64,000 nucleotides of DNA from the NCBI GenBank assembly GCA_964016885.1, contig OZ024746.1, positions 73,036,001-73,100,000 of the forward strand, in the 5' to 3' direction. Every line of letters begins with the position of its first letter. Position 1 is the stretch's first letter. The notes under the pieces were generated by a model that was given only the letters and a program-made list of their open reading frames with translations, had not been told where the DNA came from and did not search any database. Made by a program: the position numbers and the translations under genes. This DNA is from Eledone cirrhosa. Its lineage: Eukaryota. Shown in pieces: positions 44,568 to 59,905 of the stretch.

Positions 44568-44816
44568 TGAGCGAATATATATATATACATATGTGTATGT
44601 ATATATTTATGTATGTTTATGTTATATGTATACAAGAAATTGGTTTCCTTACAAATATGCGTCTTAAAAAGAAGTTTAAGTTTAGTAAGTTTTAGTTACT
44701 TGTATCGCCTCATTAGTTTGATGGTTTGTTGATGCTGGAAGCTTCCTAATATATGTTCAATTTTCTATTGTATTGATGTTTCAATGCTATACGATCTTAT
44801 CATAAATCTTTAAGTA

Positions 44817-44861
<45 letters not shown>

Positions 44862-44870
44862 TATATATAT

Positions 44871-45033
44871 ATAGGAACGAGTAGGACCCCGGCGGCTGAG
44901 CTCAAGCCGTTTCGACGGCTAATTCTGGACTAAATCCAGAATTTACTCGTTCCTATTACCCACTCTACTACCCTAAGTATTGAGTACTTTGGTGCGTTAT
45001 GGTCCATCTGGTTCCTTACCACATTTCCTTCGT
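44871..45033 (+). mobile_element. Miniature family A fold-back plus tail
   Basis: ataggaacgagta / tactcgttcctat termini, family A tail, TA flanks. Confidence 0.82.
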
Positions 45034-45069
45034 TATATATATATATATATATATATACAATATATTAAT

Positions 45070-45247
45070 GGTTTCTACTTTAGGCACAAGGCCAGCAAAT
45101 ACCCAGTGCATTACTGGTACTTTATTTTATCGACCCCGTAAGGATGAAAGGCAAAGTCAACCTCGGCGGGATTTGAACTCAGATTGTAAAGGGACGTAAC
45201 TATGCTGGAAAGCATGGCGTCCGACCCTCTACTGATACTGCCAATCC
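45070..45247 (-). mobile_element. tRNA-derived SINE with 13-bp TSD, at the end of the left arm of a fold-back
   Basis: TSD acaatatattaat at 45057-45069 and 45248-45260. Confidence 0.9.
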
Positions 45248-45679
45248 ACAATATATTAATAAATGGAAACTATATTTATAAAACCATATTTATTTTATTA
45301 TACATATTTCAAGGGCAACCAAGGCAAATTATGGTGCGCTTTCATCAGATAAAATACAGATTTGTTTTATAAATAAATATTGACATACCCGGAAAAAAAG
45401 ACAACCTTAACTATCCAGGAAGCTCCAACCGTTAAGGTTGTCTTTTTTTCCGGGTATGTCAATATTTATTTATAAAACAAATCTGTATTTTATCTGATGA
45501 AAGCGCACCATAATTTGCCTTGGTTGCCCTTGAAATATGTATAATAAAATAAATATGGTTTTATAAATATAGTTTCCATTTATTAATATATTGTATATTT
45601 ACTCCACTAACTTGTTGAGTGCTTTATATCAGTTATAAAATTGTTTAAGCTTGTTGAATCCCAACAAATTAAATATAAC

Positions 45680-45683
<4 letters not shown>
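45248..45683. mobile_element. Fold-back (family C): arms 45248-45411 / 45431-45594, 19-nt loop, tail 45595-45683
   Basis: Arms are exact reverse complements by eye; each contains a hammerhead. Confidence 0.88.
45486..45551 (+). ncRNA. Type I hammerhead ribozyme (antisense twin 45291-45356)
   Basis: TATTTTAT-CTGATGA-aagcgcacca...tggttgccctt-GAAA-tatgta-TA-ATAAAATA; 8-bp stem I. Confidence 0.82.
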
Positions 45684-45752
<69 letters not shown>

Positions 45753-45842
45753 GAAAAATTGAACAGGGACAGAACAGAGAGGCAGTACAATAAATGTTTA
45801 TTAAAATCACGCTCAGGAGAGTGGGTGTGGGGGTAGGTGGGG

Positions 45843-45877
45843 GACGACGTTTCGGGCATAAGCCCTTCTTCAGGTGA
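45843..45877 (-). ncRNA. Minimal PLE-type hammerhead motif
   Basis: CTGAAGA-a-GGGC-ttat-GCCC-GAAA-CG-TC; stem I weak. Confidence 0.65.
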
Positions 45878-45978
45878 GAAGTGTGTGGGAACAGAGTTCA
45901 AAAGGTGTGTAGGGGAGTGGTGGAGAGACATATAGCGAAAGGAAACGGTGCGAATGAAAAATTAACAAATAAAGACAA

Positions 45979-46029
<51 letters not shown>

Positions 46030-46643
46030 GTATGGATTTGTGTGTGTAGATATGTGTGTGTCTGAGGGGTAGGTGTGAGTGCATGTACAAGTCTACCAAC
46101 ATAAGCCTTTTATTTCTAAATTTTCTAAACCATCTAAGTATTGGACTCTAACCATTATTTTAAGTATTACCACCCCACATTAATTCCTCAATTTGTATGT
46201 GTGGATGTGTGTGTGTGTGTCTGTGGAGGTGGGTGTGAGTGTACGTGCAAGCCAACCTACATAAGTCTTTTTATTTGTAAATTTTCTACTCTAACCATAA
46301 TTTTCAGTAGCACCACTCCACATAAATTCCTCAATTTAAGAATGACCTGTAGTATCTATTTCATACTATTAACCTTAATTGAATATATATCTGACCAGGA
46401 ATACTTTTTGTGAAAATCGGTCATATGGAACTATTGTCATCTTGCCTGACGGTTTGAACTTTACAACACCACCTGCCTCTTTGAGATCAAATACCAACCC
46501 TACTAGCATCTACAAACTGACCAATGAGAATTAAGACTATTCCTGCTGACAACATTAAATTATTCCTAACAAGCTCATATGTCCCACGGCTCTGATACCA
46601 TCAACACTATAAACACAGAGCTGGCATATCTAAGAACTGACTA

Positions 46644-46699
46644 ACTGCCTGATGAGGTCATAGCCATTCAATGGCTATCATCGAAATATATATAGCAGT
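46644..46699 (+). ncRNA. Type I hammerhead ribozyme
   Basis: ACTGC-CTGATGA-ggt.atagccatt.aatggctat.atc-GAAA-tatata-TA-GCAGT; stem I ACTGC/GCAGT. Confidence 0.85.
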
Positions 46700-46740
46700 A
46701 AATAAAGGATTATGAGTTCATGTAATTGACTTATGTTTCG

Positions 46741-46793
<53 letters not shown>

Positions 46794-47062
46794 AGGTAAT
46801 AGGGACGTAAACAAGAGACGAAAAGTTTCCCTACGTCAGTTGTTTACTACGGATCATAGACGTTTCGGCGCTTAAAACAGGGCATCGATCTGTAGCGCGC
46901 CCGTGGTCTTTTATCCATCAAAAGGCCACGAGGGAAAGAAGTGATAGTGAAGAGAGAGGAAGATAGAAAAAAGGGAAAGAGGAAAAAAATGAAGTAAAAA
47001 TACCGAATAGAAGGGGGAACACAGGACAATGGCACATGTATGTAAGTAAGCCTATCTCTTTA

Positions 47063-47099
<37 letters not shown>

Positions 47100-48423
47100 T
47101 CTTTACTCTTTACTCTTTTACTCTTTTACCTGTTCCGCATATATATATATATGCGTGTGCGTGTGTGTGTGTGTGTACTGTAGTAAAGATTGGTAGGAAT
47201 ATCAAAGGGTAAGAGCATTCGGTCCCTAATACGATTTAAGTATAAGTAGTTACAACAGTGACATATACAGGTACTTAAGTTTCGTTAGGTTATACATCCA
47301 ACCCATTCAGACTATTAAGGGCAAGTAATCTCTAATTTAGCTATATTTAGACTTATGGATAAATTCGAAATTACCTGCCATTTCAAACCTCCTCTGTGTT
47401 TTCTAAAACTTCTAAAAACTTTTGTAGGGGAAGCCATCTTTGTGATATAATTAGTTGGGTTGATATAATTAGTTGATATAATTAGTTGGGTGGAAAACAT
47501 CGGCTGAGTGTTGAGTGCCACTGTATCGCACCAACATCTGGGGTTAAGATTAGATACCGTAATAGTGGAATAAAGCTCGTCAGAGGATATGGATGAAGAT
47601 GGTAACAACACTTGTATATTCTACAATGTAAGATACAAATGTTTCAAGGAGGCAATCTAAAAAGAAATGTCTAAAATCTGTCTCGCGCCCGAAGTCCCTT
47701 CAGGTCGGTGTGTATCCTGGCATCTGTGGCGTTAAGTAATTGAAAGTGCAAGCTTCCACCTGGACAGGACGACAGTCCATCGCAGGGTTAAACCCCCAGC
47801 TAATACTGCTACTGGCTTTCAGCTAAGTATAATGAGCAATGTGAAATGAAGTGTTTTGCTCAAGAACACAACACACAAACCAGTCCAGGAATCGAACCCA
47901 TGACATTTTGATTGTAAAACCAACACACTTACCACTAGACCACGCGCCTTCAGTGAGGCAGAGTCTCTCATCAATTGATTGATATCAGGAGTGGTTTCTT
48001 CATAGAAGAAATCACTCCTGATATCAATCAATTGATTATAAATTCTCACTATTTTCAGAACGTAAACTACTAAATTTCGTGAACATCGGGATCTTTGTAC
48101 AGATTTTAATTGAGCAAAAGAAAAAATTATTTCAATTATTTCAATTATAGATTCAATTTTATATCCCATTTTTCTTCTAATCTTTATTAATTTTCTCAGA
48201 GGAAACTATACTGGAAATTAGAACATATCAGATAATGAATATTAATTTTATGAAAAAACACAAAAAAAAACAAAAAACAAAGAAAAACACAGGATCAAAT
48301 CATTTCATTAAGTATAGTGGTGTAACTAATTGTCTAAATATGTTGAATGCTGTAGAAGCTTCATTAGCGCATAATGAGATTATTATTCTTGATAGATATG
48401 TTCTTTGTATTATTAAAATATAT

Positions 48424-48805
48424 AATTGTTTCTACTTTAGGCACAAGGCCAGCAATTACCCAGTGCATTACTGGTACTTTATTTTATCGACCCCGTAAGG
48501 ATGAAAGGCAAAGTCAACCTCGGCGGGATTTGAACTCAGATCGTAAAGGGACGTAACTATGCTGGAAAGCATGGCGTCCGACACTCTACCGATACTGCCA
48601 ATCCACCGCCCTTATTATTAAAATATATAATGGCGGTGAATTGGCAGTATCGGGAGAGGGTCGGACGCTATGCTTTCTAGCATAGTTACATCCCTTTACG
48701 GTCTGAGTTCAACTTTGCTTTTCATCCTTACGGGGGTCGATAAAATAAAGTACCAGTAATGTACTGGATAATTGCTGGCCTTGCGCCAAAAGTAGAAACA
48801 ATTAT
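48424..48805. mobile_element. Two head-to-head SINEs (48424-48610 minus; 48632-48805 plus)
   Basis: Same SINE family; target sequence present three times. Confidence 0.9.
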
Positions 48806-49728
48806 TAAATATATAATAAAGGTATCAAATATATGCTATAGTCGTTTTATACATTTCTCTTTGGAAAAGTCAATTATGTCTTTATTACATTGTACGTGTT
48901 CATTAAATTCTCTGTGCAACTACATGCACATATAAACACACAGACAAGCAAGCAAACACACACACGTACGCGCCCGTACACACACACGTGCCTCCACACA
49001 CACGTGCACACACACACACACACATATACACCCACACTCACACGAATATATCAACATGCTTATCTCCGGTCAGTAGTTTCACACTTTGCGTAGATGTGTG
49101 ACTAGTTGCATATGGTTTTGGTAGGTGTGTGAAATGTGGTGTTGTATGCAAACCAGGCAGTATATGTGAAAGCAATTTTTGAGTGGTTGTATTGTTTAAA
49201 ATGCTATTATGAATTAGAACAGATGAGTGGGAATATTATGTAACGTTACATTTATCTCTTCTCAATAGAATCATTGGATCAGCTGCAATCTGGGAGGCGA
49301 GAGAGAAACATAGTTTGTTTATAGAGTGGAAGATTTGAAGTGTTAGATAAAATACAGACTCATGTTGGATGTAGGTGATATTTTTCATGTGTTTAGATCG
49401 TGTCCTTGCACTGTAGTAATGCAGCTTTTTGTCAACCACTTGGTAAATATAGAATTATAGATTTTGATTGTGTAAGCGATATAAAGAGGCATACGTAAAA
49501 GATTTGTTTCGGTTATCTGCTTAGCTGTCTCAAATGGGTTAGATAAAGTTTAATATAGAAATCGCTTGTACGGGATTAGAACTGTTTCATTCAAAAGAAA
49601 TCAGAAAAGTCCCGATGACTTTCTTTTGAATGAAACAGTAGAAGCCATTTCTATATTAAACTTGATGTTTACACTCTACTAATGTATTGAGTACCTTACT
49701 AACGGTGGTTACCCACAATTGAACCCGA

Positions 49729-49785
<57 letters not shown>

Positions 49786-50086
49786 CTCTCTCACACACAC
49801 ACACATACACATATATAATTCATACAATCGATGTAGCTTAAACAACGATTGTTCTTTCTGTCAGATATTTCTGTGTTTTTTTTTAGATCTAGGCTATAAA
49901 TACATTCTTGCATAGAGTAAATTAACTCCTATGCTGCGTGATAACTTACATAATTTTCTTACAAAAGAAATTGCGAAATATACTTCCCCAGATTATTTAT
50001 TATAGATTAAAAAAAAAAAGCCTGATTGAGTCAGAATTAATTATTGCACGAATGCCAATGAAACCCACATATTTCAAAATAGTTTG

Positions 50087-50274
<188 letters not shown>

Positions 50275-50317
50275 TATACATAAATATACATATATATGTT
50301 GAAAAAAATGAAAACGA

Positions 50318-50810
50318 TATATACATAAATGCCAATTTCTGTCTGTTTGTTTGTGAACCTAAAACTCAAAAACTACCAAACCGATCTTGATGAAACTTGA
50401 CACGTGTGTGGGGCTCATGCTCATTTGATTTCTTAAGGATATTTCATTAAGTATATTTCATAAAAAATAATGTTTCCCTTCAATTTATATGAAATTTAAA
50501 CCATAGGTAAATGACAAGATATGATGCCTATTCACAAAATTTCATCAAATTTCAATAATATTAAGACACCCTAATGGGGGTTCTATTTTTTTCCTTATAG
50601 CAACATTCAACTTCTCTGACAAACATTTTTTTCGCCTGACCAGTGCAATCAACATTATTTGTTTGTATTATTGTTTCGTAAATGAATTTGTCTTCGCTTT
50701 TGATTATCTGTCCTATATTTTGATTTCATTTTTGGTCTGAGAGGCAATGGGCATTTTAATGGGAACTGGGAATACCCCCACTCCCGGGTATTACCGGGTA
50801 CCTCAGCTAG
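50318..50810 (+). mobile_element. Non-autonomous Helitron (second subfamily)
   Basis: aaaactc...aaccgat...aaactt block as in 16565; 3' CCCGGGTATTACCGGG hairpin then CTAG|T; 5' end approximate. Confidence 0.7.
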
Positions 50811-50826
50811 TATATATATATCGGTA

Positions 50827-51290
50827 TGTCCTACGCATTATTGTTTTTGTGTGTGTTGTGTGCTTAGTTTGCGCATATGTTACATCCGGGTGTCTGTGTG
50901 CTTTTTTCATTTGTTTATTTATTTGTTTATTTACATGTTACTGGTTGGTTGTTTGTTCTATGTGTGTGTGTGTTTTCATTTTGTCCTTAATTTTAAGTTG
51001 TGATGTTGCTATTCCATTCATGCTTTCTATTTAATTTTGGTTGGAGTTCATTTATGTTTATTGCCTCTGTGATTAAATAGAAATTAAATAGAAAGCATGA
51101 ATGGAATAGCAACATCACAACTTACAATTAAGGACAAAATGAAAACACACACACACATAGAACAAACAACCAACCAGTAACATGTAAATAAACAAATAAA
51201 TAAACAAATATAAACACACACAGACACCCGGATGTAACATATGCGCAAACTAAGCACACAACACACACAAAAACAAGATAGCGTAGGACA
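50827..51290. repeat. ~210-bp inverted repeat (50827-51037 / 51081-51290)
   Basis: attccattcatgctttctatttaattt vs aaattaaatagaaagcatgaatggaat, continuing to tgtcctacgc / gcgtaggaca. Confidence 0.85.
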
Positions 51291-51405
51291 GAACAAAGGA
51301 GAGGCACAAAAACAAAGTTATAAATTTAATTTATAATAAATTGAAGTGAAAGTAACTGGTGCGTGTGTTTCTTATTGGCAACATGACCCTCCCAAAGTAT
51401 AACAA

Positions 51406-51479
<74 letters not shown>

Positions 51480-52116
51480 ATAACAATATATGTATATATA
51501 TATATATATATATACTTCGTTTTTGAATTTGTTTTGCAAGATTTCTTATCTGAAAACGTGTGTTGAAACAGATATTGTTATTCATGCTGGTTTTCACTTC
51601 AACTTATTATAAATTTCCGGTTGGTTGGCTGATTCAATAACCGGATGGTTGTTTATATATTGTCAAAGCTCTTTCGTTCCACATTCCGTGACCTCCTCAG
51701 TCACTGGGCTTTTATTTTATGTCTCTCCTTTGTTCTGAAGGACAAAACAAAGGAGAAAAGAACAGAGGACGGTAAAATGCATCGAGCTTATCATTGAAAA
51801 TAGTGAAGGATTACATTATAACCTCATGTATTTTATATATATTCTAGAGTAAAATTCCCGAGATCCATGGACGAGTTCTCTCCAGCGGTCTCTGTCCCTC
51901 ATTATCGCTGCCATGTCCTGCGTCTCCAACAGACCAGTGTCTGTCCTTAGGGCATCAACATACGTTATATATGCATATATACATATATAGGGTGTGTTAA
52001 GATACCAGGTGGACCATAATGCACCAGAGTACTCAATACTTAGGGTAATAGAAATCTAGCTGTCGAAACGGGCGGAGCTCAGCCGTGGGTCCTAACTATT
52101 TTCCTACACACAAACA

Positions 52117-52217
<101 letters not shown>

Positions 52218-52251
52218 GAAACAGTTCTAGTCCTGTAGAAGCCATTTCTAC

Positions 52252-52289
<38 letters not shown>

Positions 52290-52293
52290 TATC

Positions 52294-52486
52294 ACGAAGG
52301 AAATGTGGTAAGGAACCAGGTGGACCATAACGCACCAAAGTACTCAATACCTAGGGTAGTAGAGTGGGTAATAGGAACGAGTAGGACCCCGACGGCTGAG
52401 CTCAAGCCGTTTCGACGGCTAATTCTGGACGGAATTAGCCGTCGGTACGGCTTGAGCTCAGCCGTCGGGGTCCTACTCGTTCCTAT
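52294..52486 (-). mobile_element. Miniature family A fold-back plus tail (a more degenerate copy at ~51990-52105)
   Basis: Reverse orientation of the 15463-15661 structure; TA flanks. Confidence 0.85.
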
Positions 52487-52837
52487 ATAAATATATATAT
52501 TTATATTTATATATATATATTAACCTGTTAGTTCTTTCGTTACTTTGGTATTGTGTGGTTAGGTTTTGCCTACCGCAATGTTCAATTTGTCAAGCTATTT
52601 AAACGTATGTTATTACTCTAAGGACCTACCCTTATTGAGTGCTTTGCTAACTCATTCCTATTGTCGGTTGACTTTGCTTGCCCACAGCCAAAGCTTCGAT
52701 TTTACTAAGCTTACACTTGTAGATATATATATATATGTATATACATTTGTATGTGTGTATATATTTGTGTCAGTGAGTGTGTGTGAATGATATTGTGCAT
52801 GTATATATATATATATATATAAAGAAAATACACCATG

Positions 52838-52967
<130 letters not shown>

Positions 52968-53846
52968 CATGGTGTATTTTCTTTCGTCCATTGGTGCCCT
53001 CTTATTCACTGCCTTATTTTAACGAAGTTATTGATCACAGTTTCACTATAAAACAAAGAAAAGACAACATCGCAACTTGTACACTGAACTACCACATTTA
53101 TTATGAAATCAATGGCGAAGAAACTTTGCGAAAAATTAATCGATATATGTTGAAAGATTTCATTGAAAATGGCAGCTAGTTTAATTTTCGATTGAATGCT
53201 TACATACGTAAGTGGAAAAAAAAAGGAAAAATAAATATATGTTAAAAATTGATTAAGTGTAAAACTATTTATATATTTCGAACAAATTACTTGACTTTCA
53301 TTTTTTTTTGTCTATCTGTATATTTATTTTCTTTTTACTTTTCGTTTTTATATCAAATTTCGTTTTTACTGGGTTTTTATAAATATATTTTTTTAGGTCA
53401 AATAATTGTTTCCTTCTTTTACGTTTTTTTTATTTTATACACTGTAATTTTCCCTTCTCAATTGTCGATCGGTTTCGAACACTAGATCCTCATGCATTAC
53501 CATTTCTGAGTTATTGATAGAATTCACGTTATTTTTGTTGTTAACATTGTTGTTTACATCAACTCTGATCAAGCGGATCTATAGACAAAGACATTTTATT
53601 CGTGATCATTTTATTCGTGATCATTTGAGGGAGATTGGTGATTATCGTTATAACAATTGGCTGCACTGATGAAGTTTGTGACGCAACTGGTTGTGGCAGT
53701 TTTGCTATTGTACAGCTGGTCATTGAGAGTGTTATTAATGACTCACTGTTGTATTCTTTCTTTTGATTATAATAATTGAATTTTTAACATAACAGTGGTA
53801 GTTGAAGTGTTAAAGTAATAGTATTTGCATTATTGTTCATCATAGT

Positions 53847-54048
53847 AGGGTGGTGGTTTGGCAGTATCGGTAGAGAGTCGGTCACCATGCTTTGCAGCAT
53901 CCTTTACAGTCTGAGTTCAAATCCCGAGGTTAACTTTGCTTTTCATCCTTACGGGGTCGATAAAATAAAGCACCAGTTATATACTGGGGTCGATTTAATC
54001 GACTTTCCCCTCCTCTCAAATTACTTGCCTTGTGTCTATACTAGAAAT
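53847..54048 (+). mobile_element. tRNA-derived SINE with 19-bp TSD
   Basis: TSD cattattgttcatcatagt at 53828-53846 and 54049-54067. Confidence 0.88.
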
Positions 54049-56412
54049 CATTATTGTTCATCATAGTGATGTGGCGATTTTTTTTATCACCAGACCAGCT
54101 CTAACTGCCATCTCCTCCTTCTCATGGGCATTGTATATTTTGCACTACATTATGCGATGTGTCTCTTTTATAGATAACAAGTTGCAATTTTAGGAAGTTT
54201 TGGCTACTATATTGATGATTGCGAGTTATATGGTATCATCCAAATGCATACATTATTGTTATTATCGGCATATAATGTACTTTTATGATTTTATGCTCTT
54301 GTGACTTTTTGATATGTAATGCAATGTAACATTTTGATGATATGGCACTCTGTGACATTTTGAGTAGCATTGATATATTATATATAGAGAGACGAATGTT
54401 GATGTGATACATCACTACATCATTGTCAATGCCCTGGTTTCTGAAGTAAGTTACTTATCTAACATTTTATTTGACAGAATAAATTTATTTTAACCAGATA
54501 TCAGATCGGTTGTCGATGGAAATATGTGCAACCTATTGAAATGACTTGGTGATATACAGACTCTTTCTTTATCTATTCAAGCGAAAGGAAAAGCAAACAT
54601 TAATTACGTTATTTCAATTAAGAATGCAGATAGATAAAAATATAAATCCAAGCAATGCACAGCCGTTCTTACTTCAAAATATTACCCCATATTTACATAA
54701 TGGCGGTGTGGTGATATATGTTTTCCGGATATTTTTATTGCTTCTTTATGTAAAGTATTTAATTCTACATGCAAAGCAGTTCAAGATTCGTCGTCGGATT
54801 TTTTCTGTCAGGCATTATACGTAGAGTAACGTTACTTACAAGAGAATACTAACATCAGGACATCAGGTCACAGTTTTTTTCTTTCGCAATATAAAGTAGA
54901 CACGTCAAGTGCGAGGCATTAGCTATATAAATAAGAAAAATTCAAGCCAAGCCAATAAGGAAACTCCTTTGATATCGTTCAATCTTCAAGCAACAACAAC
55001 CAACAGTCCATCAAATCACACTCATCTGCCTTAAAAAGGACACTATAGATAGTTGGGTCCGAAATGCCTGAAAAGAGATGACATGGACATGGCTTGAATA
55101 TATTTGGATCGCAGATGTGTTCTATAAGAGCTGATCTGAGTCTAAACAACAACAACTTAAATTTATTATTTATCCTTAAAAGCTCTAGTTTTCCTGAAAT
55201 CAATAATCAATAAACGCATGATTTTCCGTTAGTGCTAATCAATATAAAGGAAAACTCAACCAAAGCAAATTTTATTTTCAACTGTAAACGCGTACTCGAA
55301 ATGTCGGTAAAGTCAACTACTCAGTTAAAAGATCAATAAATGTCATGTATGAATCCAAAGTCTAATAATGTTTACTATCAATTCAATTGTCAGTAATATC
55401 CGCTACTAGTTTAAAGATCAGTAATGTCAGCTTAAATTAGATCCAGAACAATATGTTTATAAAATATTCGATACTCGTATTTCGCAGAGCAAACTTGACA
55501 AACTACAAACAGTTTATTTTTTGGTTGAGGATATTTGAAACACTAATCGTTTCTTAGCATTTTATATGTTTATATATGTGTGTTTGATGCATGCTAGAAA
55601 GGGTGTTAAAATTTAATCTACTTCTAATATTTATCACATCTATTCGTGGAAATGTTTTTGATTCAACCCCTCTATTGCTTCAAGAAGATTGATTACCTTA
55701 TGAGCTGCTGCATCGCATTTTGAATAATTTACCGGATTGACTTCTTGATGATAGATGGATTACAAGACATCGTATTTACTAAGGCTGTGTTCACATGTTA
55801 GGTATAAAATACCTACATCTTTCTATGTGTTGATACGAACAAAGTCACAGGTGACAACAAGTTATCAATTGACTCACGTTGTTTATCGTAACCGGAGAAA
55901 CAGTTATTTTCCGATGCTCCTTTAACCAAGAAATATTTTTCATTAAAATTCAGTTTGGCAATCTGTTAGACTGAGCATCCATAAATCCTAACGTAAAGAC
56001 AGAAAACATCATGATGTAGCCATTTGCACCACATATTCTCTCCAGCTTGGTATCGTTCCAATACTTTTTCATATTTCTTATTCTTTTCTTTTCTTACTCT
56101 ACTTAGATAAAGGCTTCAACACAAAACGTCAGATCCGTTCTTTTCTTTCTATTTACAGTAAATATTTCCACTTACATACATTGTTAATATTTTTGTGCAT
56201 ATAAAATTATGCGCGTCTTCTTTTACTTATTACATTTTTCCATTTGTTGGCTATCTTGTTGTATTGTCTTAACTCCCCCACCCCATATATATATTTATCC
56301 CGGGTTCAATCGTGGGTAACTACAGTAAGTAAGGTACTCAATACATAGCAGAGTATAAAAATTTAAGCCCTGATGATTTCTCCTGAATGAAACAGTTCTA
56401 GTACTGTAGAAG

Positions 56413-57243
<831 letters not shown>

Positions 57244-57250
57244 TATATAT

Positions 57251-57466
57251 GTAATAGTAATAATAATAAATTTGAAGACTAAAATCCAACGAGGGCTCGA
57301 TAAGGATACATATATATCAAATATATAAGAACCGTAGAGCAAATATTTATTAAAATAACAGATTAAAGTTTAAGCAAAGAATCACTGCTTTCACCCTTAA
57401 CGGGATCTTCAGAAGATCCCGTTAAGGGTGAAAGCAGCGATTCTTTGCTTAAACTTTAATCTGTTA

Positions 57467-57474
<8 letters not shown>
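57251..57474 (-). mobile_element. Family F fold-back: tail 57251-57347, arms 57348-57410 / 57412-57474, with hammerhead core
   Basis: Minus strand CTGAAGA-T-CCC-gttaa-GGG-T-GAAA-GCAG...TTGC-TT; TA flanks. Confidence 0.82.
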
Positions 57475-57543
<69 letters not shown>

Positions 57544-57546
<3 letters not shown>

Positions 57547-57973
57547 GGAGGTGAGTTTTATTGTAGTACAATAAAGAAATGCAGATATCGGATAAGAAGC
57601 ACTCTACAGTTTGTAGGACTGGAGTATGCATAATATAAGATCAAAAGATGGTTAAAGGAGTTCCATATATTTTATTATGCGCATTGCAAAAACAAACATC
57701 ATCATGCAATAATATTTGTGTTTTCATCAGATAAAACAGGAGAACATGATATGAAGGCTAAAAAACACTTGTGGATAGTGCAGTTATTGATAGTGCAGTT
57801 ATTGATATGTTGATTTAAAACTGCACTATCCACAAGTGTTTTTTAGCCTTCATATCATGTTCTCCTGTTTTATCTGATGAAAACACAAATATTATTGCAT
57901 GATGATGTTTGTTTTTGAAATGCGCATAATAAAATACAAAATACATGGAACTCCTTTAACCATCTTTTGATCT

Positions 57974-57981
<8 letters not shown>
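57544..57981. mobile_element. Family B fold-back: tail 57544-57629, arms ~57630-57785 / 57819-57981
   Basis: Inverted arms, TA flanks, homologous to 3577 and 15691. Confidence 0.88.
57866..57936 (+). ncRNA. Type I hammerhead ribozyme
   Basis: TGTTTTAT-CTGATGA-aaacacaaatattatt...gatgatgtttgttttt-GAAA-tgcgca-TA-ATAAAATA; palindromic stem III ATGCGCAT. Confidence 0.85.
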
Positions 57982-58032
<51 letters not shown>

Positions 58033-58251
58033 ATTTATGTTGTGTGGTTCACCAGTGGGTAGAACTGGTCATTCCGGTTAGTAAACCATGATGTAATAGT
58101 AAGAAAATCACTCTACGCAATGCAACCCATCCATTGTAGATGTCGAATCCAAACCTGACGATGTCACCAAGGTCTTGCGTCATGATCGGTCTATGTAATG
58201 TGGCCATTGAAATATGTACAGGGATTTTTGTAACTTTAAAACTTTAAATAT

Positions 58252-58353
<102 letters not shown>

Positions 58354-58978
58354 TCATCCATCCTTCAATCTACCCATACATACACACATACATGAATTAA
58401 TTTCGATAAGCCTAATTGTTTGTTGGTACACTGTTCTATGTAGGACCTCAATCATTTGTTGTGTGTCCGTTTTCATTTATTTATTTAAGATAGGTGTGAT
58501 GCACGTGTGGTTTGAGTTTGACACGACATCTAGCATCAACGAAACACCTCAAAATTGCTGCTGTGTTTCTTGCATTCAAGCATCTACAATTTTTTAGTAC
58601 ACAGTAAGTTGTAGCAGCATCCACTGAGGTAACATGGGCCAGCAGATGTCAGCAACACATTAGAAACACGTACTTGAACCACATAAAAATGCAAAAAATA
58701 GAATTGCCTTCTGGCTACTTTGTAGCAATCTCAAGAAAAAGGTTTTCTTTAGATCGTTTTTCTGTTGTAGTAATATAGTTAACGTTGAAAGGAAAATTTA
58801 TTAGGCCTCTTCGTTTTGGAGACGAACAACAAGTTAATTAAACGAATAGAAAAGTAGAAAAGCACAACGAATATACTCTGTCGAACCATAAGTAGGATAC
58901 GCTTGTTTCTGTGAGTGCACATACACACACACACACACGCACGCAAACACCCCCCCCCCCCCCCCACACACACACAAC

Positions 58979-59085
<107 letters not shown>

Positions 59086-59905
59086 TATATATATAAATTG
59101 AGAGCGAATAACCAATTTAGACTTATAACATAATTTTATTCTACGTACGTTTCAATGTATAACGGAGGTCGATACCTCAATATACATTGGGTATTTGTCT
59201 GGTGGTCTACATATCTTCAGGAACTTAAATATTGCTATAAGCATCAACGTAAAAACATGCAAAAAGCATTCAGTGGTGGCCATAACTCGACCCCGAAACC
59301 AATGGACGCACATACATGTTAAATGTAGGAAACTGAATATACTAAATAAAACATCTTGCAACAAATTGAGCACAATTTTCCTTCATCTTTCATCTACAGT
59401 TTTCCACACAGACACGCGCACGCAGACACACAACACACGCACGCACGCACACACACACAAACACACACACACACGCGCGCGCGCAGGTTGTTGTTCTGGT
59501 TGTTGCTTTCTTGTTGTTACTGTTGTTGTTGTGGTGGTTGTAGCTGCTGCTGCTGCTGAAGTAGCTGTTGTTTTTTTGGGGTTTTTTTATGTTGTTTTAT
59601 GCCTAGATAAATACTTATCACGATTTTTTCTATCCGACATCCCATATTTTATTAAAACAATTTATCTCGGATTACATTTTGCAATGTGTTCCTTTTGCTT
59701 TAAAACGGTAAAGTGTGATATGCTTCCTCGTGGGCTTCAAGGTTTGTATTTTTAAGGTACTTTCACTGAGGATGTTTTGTGTGCTTGTAGATGTTTGTCG
59801 TGTGGCGGCATATCTGTGTGGCCGAGAACTTTGTGGCAATAAACTGGACGTTCATCATGTAAACAAAAGTTCTTTCAATAAGTTTGTTATTATTTTGCTC
59901 TGATT

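Noticed and set aside
46790-47040. GAAACGTC motif on minus as another hammerhead
   Set aside because: Only the 3' half is present; no convincing core box or stem I.
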